Below are positions 57,101 to 64,000 of a stretch of 64,000 nt of DNA, piece by piece (position 1 is the stretch's first letter; every line of letters begins with the position of its first letter). The notes under the pieces are model-generated. The model was not told the origin of the DNA and searched no databases. It saw nothing but the letters and a program-made list of their open reading frames with translations. The DNA is from Lingula anatina (Eukaryota; Animalia; Brachiopoda): assembly GCA_051362555.1 (NCBI GenBank), contig CM120640.1, positions 70,100,788 through 70,164,787 on the forward strand. The letters run 5' to 3'. The translations under genes were made by a program, and so were the position numbers.

Positions 57101-59593
57101 AGATTAAACTTTGATCATTTTCAAAGACTAGCTGAAATCTTGTACCCACATGTTGACAAGGTAGATAGATTAAACTTTGATCATTTTCAAAAACTAGCTG
57201 AAATCTTGTACCCACATGTTGACAAGGTAGACAGATTAAACTTTGATCATTTTTAAAAACTAGCTGAAATCTTGTACCCACATGTTGACAAGGTAGACAG
57301 ATTAAACTTTGATCATTTTCAAAGACTAGCTGAAATCTTGTACCCACATGTTGACAAGGTAGACAGATTTAACTTTGATCATTTTCAAAAACTAGCTGAA
57401 ATCTTGTACCCTCATGTTGACAAGGTAGACATATGTAACTTTGATCATTTCTACAGCACATGTATTAGGTTGAATACCTGTTTTGTTTATTTTATGATTT
57501 GGCACCAAATGAGGAAAGTGCTTTGTATTTCCATAGGCAAGTAGGAAAAAACATTTTTTGTGAACATGACTAAACAAAGTGTCAAATAAGTTACATTTTA
57601 TTATCTGTTTTCTGTACTATAGGATGCTAAATCAGGGGAGGAGGAAGAGGAGCTGGTTGGGGAATATAAAGATTTGGTGCTGAGCTTCAAAGAGGTGGCC
57701 TTTGAGGCACTGGGTCAAGCATGGCCGGAGGTCAAGGCCACTCAGGGTAGGTCAAGGCCACTTGGGGCATAGACTTCTATGATATTAAGTACGCAAAGAC
57801 ACTACTGAGATAAAAAAAACACTTATGTGTATATATACTTATACATTATTAATTATACAAAGACACTGCTTGCATATGAAAGACTTATGTGTATATATGT
57901 AGTATCAAGTATACAAAGACACTGCTTATATACACTGGTAGAAAGATATATACCAAGGATTTGACACAGAAGAGCTTTGTAAAGTACCTTTCACAGTGAT
58001 TTTTATATGTATAAAAGACAATTAGATTATAAAAATGTACATTTCTTTAAGCAAAGTTTTCAGTTATTTTCATTAAGTAAATGGAAAAAAAAGAAAAGCG
58101 AAAGTCTTCATTGTGTCCATATTTCAGATGTGCATGCAGGCAGGTTATGGGCAGTGCTGACGAAGGCATTATCTGATAGCTATTGGAAACAACAGGTGGC
58201 CGTTCTTCATACCATGACCAAAGTCCTAGACAGGTAGGAAGGATGCTATATACATACAGCAGGGTTTTTATTATCAGTCTACAACACCTATTGTATCTCG
58301 CTCTCATTGACCTTGTTGTCCTGTAAACTGCTTCATCTTAGCTCCTTCCATGTTTGTCTTACACAGTTTAAAAGGATCAAAAGATTTGATCCTAATTTTT
58401 TCTTCTGTTTAAGAAAATATTTGTGGAAAATTAAGTTCTTGATACAAGATGTACTTCTAGAATATATCTTGCTCAGTTACTTTATTATTGGTTTAGATTG
58501 CTGATCCTCCAAGAGCCTAGTTTGGTAGAGGAACACAGAGAAAGTCTTACCTTAATGGTGCAGCCCACGGTGGACCCCCTGGTGGACTGCTTAGGTGAGG
58601 AACTGCAGTGTTTTTTATCATCATATGAACTTATGAAAATTTGATTCAAAGAATGCATGTTAGTATAAGCTGTTATTGGAGTGGAATGAATTTTGCTCAT
58701 TACTTCCCAGTAATCATTCCATATGTATTTTGTATTTATATAGATGTTATAAAACCAAAAGTAGAGTAGAGAGCCTGTAAAATGTAACTTGTACACATTT
58801 AAGTCCTCAATAAAGAACATTATTATTACTAACAACACCTTTGAATCAGAATATAGATATTGAAACAGGACAAAGTATATTAAGAAAGAGAGTGCATAAG
58901 ATTTAAATACTGTGCCTTATTCCTGTGTTGTAGGAAACATGAAATATTCTACAGTGAGAACAGAAGCACTTGATGTCACAGAAAGGATAGTTAAGAAATT
59001 ACATGGTGGGTATAGTTCACTTGATAAAGTATTGAAGGCAGTGGAGGCTTTTTTCTTACCAATGCCTTTGGTTTGATATTTAATGTGTCACCACACACAT
59101 TTACTGTCACTGCATACAATATATTGGTAGTTTATTTCTTAAAAAGCCAACCCTAAACATGTGCCCAGTGCTACGTACATAAAAAACACTAAGAACAGAA
59201 TTTTAATGAAAAGTTAATGTCATAAAACTACTATTTTACATTAATGAAAATAGTTCATGAAAAAGGTCATACTCTTTTTCGAAAGTCTTTCAGCACTTGG
59301 CTTCTGTTTAAAGATCTTTACAATTTAATCAATAGATATGTGTTCACTGGAGAAACTTTTGTATGTAGTGCAGCAATCAAAACTGTCAGCTACATAACAG
59401 ATGAGTTCAGCTGTAGTACTTTTAAGTCCACTTTATTTTTGACATTTTTTTTTCAGTTGTTGGCCATTTATCTCTTCTAAGCACAGCCCACCAGGCCAAA
59501 CTAGTCCAGTGTCTGGATAAAATGGCACAAGATTCTAAACCAGAACTGAAAGACAAAGCATCAGACATCAGAAAATTCTTTGGAACTTCATAG
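36914..59593 (+). CDS. ECPAS: Proteasome adaptor and scaffold protein ECM29 (HEAT repeats), roughly 45 exons
   Basis: N-terminus [18 protein letters not shown]...[12 protein letters not shown]; [37 protein letters not shown]; WRVRESSC; GRTWPGKE. Checked exons include 36914-36941, 37477-37604, 41866-41988, 45407-45508, 48971-49092, 50239-50401, 51207-51296, 54399-54465, 56209-56464, 56948-57094, 57623-57746 and 59457-59593 (TAG). Confidence 0.94.
38339..38398. repeat. (ATTT)n microsatellite abutting an ECM29 acceptor
   Basis: About 15 units ending in tttcAG at 38401. Confidence 0.95.
41753..41885 (+). repeat. Duplicated acceptor junction with an embedded 24-bp-arm perfect hairpin
   Basis: 41753-41788 matches 41850-41885 at 30/36 positions; 41787-41810 is the exact reverse complement of 41818-41841. 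Confidence 0.85.
45006..45447 (+). repeat. About 71-bp tandem repeat x6 spanning an ECM29 acceptor
   Basis: tttAG|GTAAGAGAGAAG with AG ending at 45056, 45127, 45198, 45262, 45335 and 45406 (the real one). Confidence 0.95.
46410..46586. mobile_element. MITE, PIF/Harbinger-like
   Basis: About 55-bp imperfect TIRs GGCCCCATTCAGAATAGG.../...CCTATTCTGAATGTGGCC, TTA TSD. Confidence 0.85.
47431..47497. repeat. About 24-bp tandem repeat x3 just upstream of an ECM29 acceptor
   Basis: cataat-ctggtctccatg-tga unit, ending about 10 nt before the AG at 47507. Confidence 0.8.
49046..49925 (+). repeat. 81-bp G-rich tandem repeat x8 (plus 2 decayed copies) spanning an ECM29 donor
   Basis: Unit = last 47 nt of the exon + GTGAGTGGGGGAGATATCAAGATATCAAGTAAAT; decayed copies near 49701 and 49876. 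Confidence 0.95.
50024..50190. mobile_element. MITE family C (CAGGGG termini, 5-bp TSD)
   Basis: 17-bp perfect TIR CAGGGGCGTAACCAGGC, TSD TCATA. Confidence 0.88.
50351..50482 (+). repeat. 66-bp duplication spanning an ECM29 donor
   Basis: GAGAAG|GTAA at 50401 and 50467. Confidence 0.93.
51113..51161. repeat. (ATT)n microsatellite
   Basis: About 16 units, about 45 nt upstream of the exon array. Confidence 0.95.
51199..53806 (+). repeat. 104-bp tandem array x25: a whole 90-nt ECM29 exon plus a 14-nt GT..AG spacer
   Basis: First exon copy 51207-51296, last ends at 53792 (24 x 104 later). Exon encodes CIQYVD[G/D][23 protein letters not shown]; spacer GTAACATATTTCAG. Confidence 0.97.
53804..53972. 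mobile_element. MITE family B, copy 2
   Basis: TIR CAGGGGCAGA...TCTGCCCCTG, TSD ATATTT; homologous to 13747-13914. Confidence 0.88.
54410..54760 (+). repeat. 70-bp tandem repeat x5 spanning an ECM29 donor
   Basis: TGCAG|GTAAG with the exonic G at 54465, 54535, 54605, 54675 and 54745. Confidence 0.95.
56453..56579 (+). repeat. Decayed 32-bp repeat x4 spanning an ECM29 donor
   Basis: tgtctcatgcag|gtaaattgtcttggtgttca followed by three diverged copies. Confidence 0.7.
57052..57451 (+). repeat. 66-bp tandem repeat x6 spanning an ECM29 donor
   Basis: GACAAG|GTAGA with the exonic G at 57094, 57160, 57226, 57292, 57358 and 57424. Confidence 0.95.
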
Positions 59594-60874
59594 ATTCTAT
59601 GTCAAATGGAATCCTTTGTAATGCTGACCTGACAGGCTTTATGTGTAAAACAGATGCATTCATTGTTACAAGATCAGTGCTACAGGTAGAATGTCACTGC
59701 TAAAATGTACTGAAGGCTGTCGGAATAATTCCTTTTTTTCTTTCATTTGCATGAGACACATAATGTTAAAACAGCAGCTTAGGTTTTATGAGTAATATCA
59801 TACATTTTAATTGGGACTTGATGCTCGCATGCATGGCCACAAAATGCTAAATATTTCACTGTGAAGTTTGTGAAATATCTCGATTAGACAGACCTCCCCT
59901 TAGCTGGAGGTATTGGAGTTTCTTTCAAATTTATCCAGCTTAACTTACCCGAGCGTCTACCTGAACATCACTTGTTTTCACTGGAGATAATATGTTCTTT
60001 GTGACAACTAATGATAATAAATTATTTCTTTCTTTTTACAAAAAAAGTCCGATTTTCTTTTCTATAAATCTATTTCTGTGGATAGTGAGTTTTCCACAAA
60101 AGAAGTGGTCCGTTCATGATCTCATTTAAGTGTTCCCTCCCAGACAATATAAAACCAAACAAAAAATGAAAGATGTGGTAGATTTGATTTTGTATATCAT
60201 GTTAATTTTTTCAATTGAAGAAAAAGAGCATTTTGCAATATAAATCGAATGGAAGGTTATTTTCATTTTTTGTATTTTACAATAGATTTCTCTTGGTCCA
60301 CATATCAATTATTTTCAGTGTATGTGAAAATTGAAAAAAATCGGTCCCTCTCTCAGTATAGATCTAATTAGCAAATTTCGTGAAAGTTCATATTTGTTTA
60401 GCTTTTGAATCTAATATTTACTCTGTTTAAGGGACTGAAATGTGATTGCTTGTTATAAAGATCACAAACTATCTGGGGCGATGATTCTGCTGTGATAGAA
60501 AGGCACTACTTGGAAAATACGCATCACCTTACATTTCTGCTATTTTCTTCCAAAATGTATTCATCATACACTAAATAAATTGAAACACAAAAATCAAATT
60601 TATTAAATATTTATTTTTTTTAATTCAATGAAAAGATAAAAAGGTCAAAATCACTGTTAAAATTTAAAAGTTTGTCTAAAAATATTTTGAAAATCAATTC
60701 CAATCTTTAAAAGAGTCGAAAATTCAGTCAAATATAATATACCAAAATTATTTGAAACATTTTTGATGGTAAAACTGTTTTTTTAAATATATATTTTACA
60801 AAAGTGTCATATGCTTTCAAAACTCAATTTTTGAATTCCAATTAAAATATATCCAAGAAATGAGAAGTCCGTTT

Positions 60875-63091
60875 TCAGTCCATTCCCTCAAAGCTGCTGT
60901 ATTTCAACTGTCTTGATCTTGAGCTGGTGCGCATTCCATGTTTGTGGGAAGCTCTCTTTTTACAAGAATCTGATCTAAAGATAAGTTTGCAATTCCCAGA
61001 TCGCGTCACTCTCCACTTCACCCTCTCTGAGTCATACGGCTGGCTGATGGGTGTCACTACGATCTTACAGAATTTCAGCTTTAAATGTCCAGAGTTTTCT
61101 TCACTTTTCACAGACCACTGAAAGTTGTTTGTTGGGAGACTCACATGGCGTTTGGCTGTAAACATACTTTCCCGGAGTTCGTCAACAGCTTCTAGTGAAG
61201 CGATGTCATCAGACATCTGGGCGTCGGGGCTCGAATCAATCTGATCTGAAGGTAGAGAATCATCTGAAGAAAGAACGTTGTTGGTCGAATCCATTTTGAC
61301 TCCAGGCAGAGAACTATCAGAAGAGAGGGCCATCGACACCGAGTCCGCACCTCTATCGGCGACAGAGTCATTAAATACGTCGTCTTCTAAATCAACAAAA
61401 GAACAACCAGCCGGGGGCGACTGGTAAACATCGTTCCAATTTTTTTCGTCTATCACAGGTCCATTTTTATGGAAAATCAGTTTTGTTGAATTACGCCTAG
61501 AAATTTTCCACAAATTTGCCTCATCGGTCTCCGAATGAAATTCGTAAGGGTCAATGACATCTTGTTCAGGAGATGTGATGTGCGCTGATGGGAGTTGATC
61601 AATGGAGGAGTCTGAAAGCTTGGTGAGTTCCTCGCGGTGACTAGAACTGGTGAAGCCGATGTCGATCTCTCCCTCGCTGGTTTTTGATTTTATTTCAGTG
61701 GCACGCTGATGATTTTCTGGCAGGGGCACGGGGACATCAAATATTTTGTTAATGCAGTCTTTAACGTTTGTTGGCTGAATATCGTCATTTGCTGACAATG
61801 TTCCACCTCTGGGGCTGAAACATTTGTTCTCTACAGTCTGTACGTCATAAGTCCCACATTCATTTTCGTTAATTGATTTTGCAACGTCACACACTCTTTC
61901 TTCTGCTTGAGCAGCTACTGCCAGAACTTTTTGTTCCTGGATACCATCATTTAGTTCGACAGATTCCACAACACCATCATCAGTTTTAGACTGTGGTTCA
62001 GATAAAACGACATTGTTCTTTTCTGCTTGAATGACATTGAATGAAGTTGCATCGTTACTCGATTCGTCAACTAGCTTTTTAGCGGCTTCGCTATCGGCAC
62101 TGCTGTCTGGGTTTTCGGATTCCAAACAGACGGTCAGAAACTCGTCAAAAGATGGGAAACTATCAATGACATCGTCCAAGCGGTTATAGTTGTTGTTATT
62201 GTCTGCATATCGCCTGTGTCCTTCACTAACAAGGTGGTCGTCTAAACACCTGTACCAAACGTCACAACACTCGCAATATCCACGCTGTTTTCCAATCGAG
62301 GCTGCTTGTTTCACTGCGAGGGCACGACGCGGAGTGGTGATTGCTCGCGGTGTAGTACAAGTGCTTTTACTGTTCTGCACAGTCGCTGGTACTTTCGACA
62401 TAGATTGCTCATTCTTCCCAAAGACCACATCGTTCTCTAAATCAATGTAAGGGAAATCAGCAAATGTACTGTAGACAGGTCTAAGGTTCTCCTGAGTGTC
62501 CTCTATTTTTAAGAAGTCCCCTTTAAAATATGTGTAGTCATTTTCATCAATCCATTTAAAGCTGTCCTCTATGTTTTTAGATTTTGTATTTGTTGCTTTC
62601 TTGTTTTCGTCTTTAATTTTTTTCAATACTTCCTGTAAGGACAGTATTGGTACTCCCCACATCTTTGCATTGGTTAACACGTCATTACGACCTGCACTCG
62701 ACCGACGCGTAGAGGTCGACTTGAGAACCAGCGCCATACCTCGACTTATCACTGGGGCCTTGGAGCCATCAACGCTAGAAGGTGACGGCGTCTTTGTGGG
62801 TTCCACTGGAGATCCATTTACGCCACATTCTGTGGTTTTGTTGGTAACAACAAAGTTCACTTCACGACTCAGAAAGCGTTCAATTCTTCCACCCAGTCTC
62901 ACAACATCCTCCTCCAGTTTAGCCAGCTTAGAGTAGCCATCCAGGTCGAGGAAGAAAGATTTCCCATTGTACGGTTTAGATGTGAACAACAGCCGTCTCT
63001 TTGCAGTCCCCGGTGAAGAAAATCTAGTCCCAGCTGACTTGGTCATTTGTGTAGAGCTCCCCATTACTGCAGCCCGTCTTGCTCCACTCAT
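60875..63091 (-). CDS. DBF4: DBF4/ASK/Chiffon-like regulatory subunit of CDC7 kinase, single coding exon (about 738 aa)
   Basis: First ATG of the 776-aa ORF is at 63091. Motif N/BRCT (GKSFFLDL...RLGGRIERFLSREVNFVVT...AKMWGVPI), motif M (FLKIEDTQENLRPVY) and motif C zinc finger (GYCECCDVWY..LDDHLVSEGHRRYA). Confidence 0.92.
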   Translation of the reverse strand: MSGARRAAVMGSSTQMTKSAGTRFSSPGTAKRRLLFTSKPYNGKSFFLDLDGYSKLAKLEEDVVRLGGRIERFLSREVNFVVTNKTTECGVNGSPVEPTKTPSPSSVDGSKAPVISRGMALVLKSTSTRRSSAGRNDVLTNAKMWGVPILSLQEVLKKIKDENKKATNTKSKNIEDSFKWIDENDYTYFKGDFLKIEDTQENLRPVYSTFADFPYIDLENDVVFGKNEQSMSKVPATVQNSKSTCTTPRAITTPRRALAVKQAASIGKQRGYCECCDVWYRCLDDHLVSEGHRRYADNNNNYNRLDDVIDSFPSFDEFLTVCLESENPDSSADSEAAKKLVDESSNDATSFNVIQAEKNNVVLSEPQSKTDDGVVESVELNDGIQEQKVLAVAAQAEERVCDVAKSINENECGTYDVQTVENKCFSPRGGTLSANDDIQPTNVKDCINKIFDVPVPLPENHQRATEIKSKTSEGEIDIGFTSSSHREELTKLSDSSIDQLPSAHITSPEQDVIDPYEFHSETDEANLWKISRRNSTKLIFHKNGPVIDEKNWNDVYQSPPAGCSFVDLEDDVFNDSVADRGADSVSMALSSDSSLPGVKMDSTNNVLSSDDSLPSDQIDSSPDAQMSDDIASLEAVDELRESMFTAKRHVSLPTNNFQWSVKSEENSGHLKLKFCKIVVTPISQPYDSERVKWRVTRSGNCKLIFRSDSCKKRASHKHGMRTSSRSRQLKYSSFEGMD

Positions 63092-64000
63092 AGCAGCTGA
63101 ATGAATAGTATGAGCTGAACGACACCCGCCGGCTTCCCCCTGCGCGATGCCCCAGATAACGATATTACTGCCACGCAGGTGCCTCTGTCGCGGGCTCAGG
63201 TGCAATTACTTTACACTTTTATTGTTGTTGTAATGTGTTTTCTTTCCCCTTCTGTCATGGTAATAAAAATGTCACGTGGCAGAATTCAAATTGAAGGACT
63301 TCATCATTATTAAAAAAAAGACAAATTATTTTATAATTTTTAAGGATGGTTGGAATGAAAAAACCACATGACACTGTTGCACACTGTGAAAGAGGGTAAA
63401 CCATCCATTGTTCGTTTTCCCGGTCCAGCTTGGCTTCCGCGAGTAAAATATAGTGAGGGGCTGAATATAGAACGGGCTTTTAATCATATATCATTTTGAG
63501 CCAGTGAATTACCTGATTATAAAATATCATATTATCATATATTACAAAAAGTGATGAATTATTTGACTACTAAATAATTTAATTCGTTCATATAGGATTC
63601 TTTTACTGGCGGATACAGGATGTCATAATGGGGAGGGGGTCTGTCCTTTTGGCATGTGTATGGGTCAAATCGTCGTGTTTTTATTTTATTTTATTATACT
63701 ATTATTCTATTTATTTGGAAACAGGGCTTTCAGTATTTGATTATTAAAAGCAAATAAAAATGAACGACATAGTTTTTCTCCTACATTGATTGGCGATCCA
63801 GTCCGTATAAACATCTTATGAACAAAAAATATCTGCGCATCAGATTATAAGTTTTAAATCCACAAAGTCAGTCCAAAAATGCCAATGTTTAGACCGCTGA
63901 AAGGAGGGTTTGTCTGACCAAGCTGTTGGGTTGACAACCACTTCAGTTTGCTGACGTATTAACTGGGACGCTGTCAGTGATCAGTGTCACATCAGTTAGC

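Noticed and set aside
57015-57347. Minus-strand ORF with CLPCQH (CxxC) repeats
   Set aside because: Antisense reading of the 66-bp donor array.
63092-63205. 38-aa N-terminal extension of the DBF4 ORF
   Set aside because: Begins at TTG; in a eukaryote the first ATG (63091) is the more likely start.

Overview
AT-rich, intron-rich metazoan genomic DNA (an invertebrate, possibly a mollusc; the taxon is inference). It holds six protein-coding genes: a 10-exon 26/29-kDa-type cathepsin L-like protease (+, 108-6252), three tandem mucolipin/TRPML paralogues (-, 7782-15235, 17318-25207, 27610-36637), ECM29/ECPAS (+, 36914-59593, head-to-head with the third TRPML) and an intronless DBF4 (-, 60875-63091). 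Introns carry several MITE families and microsatellites. The most striking structure is a recurring class of tandem arrays whose unit straddles a real splice site ('exon echoes'). There are at least nine cases, eight of them in ECM29. The largest is 25 copies of a complete 90-nt phase-0 ECM29 exon separated by 14-nt GT..AG spacers (51207-53792), apparently seeded by an adjacent MITE. Exon coordinates were read by eye, and splicing outcomes are untested predictions.
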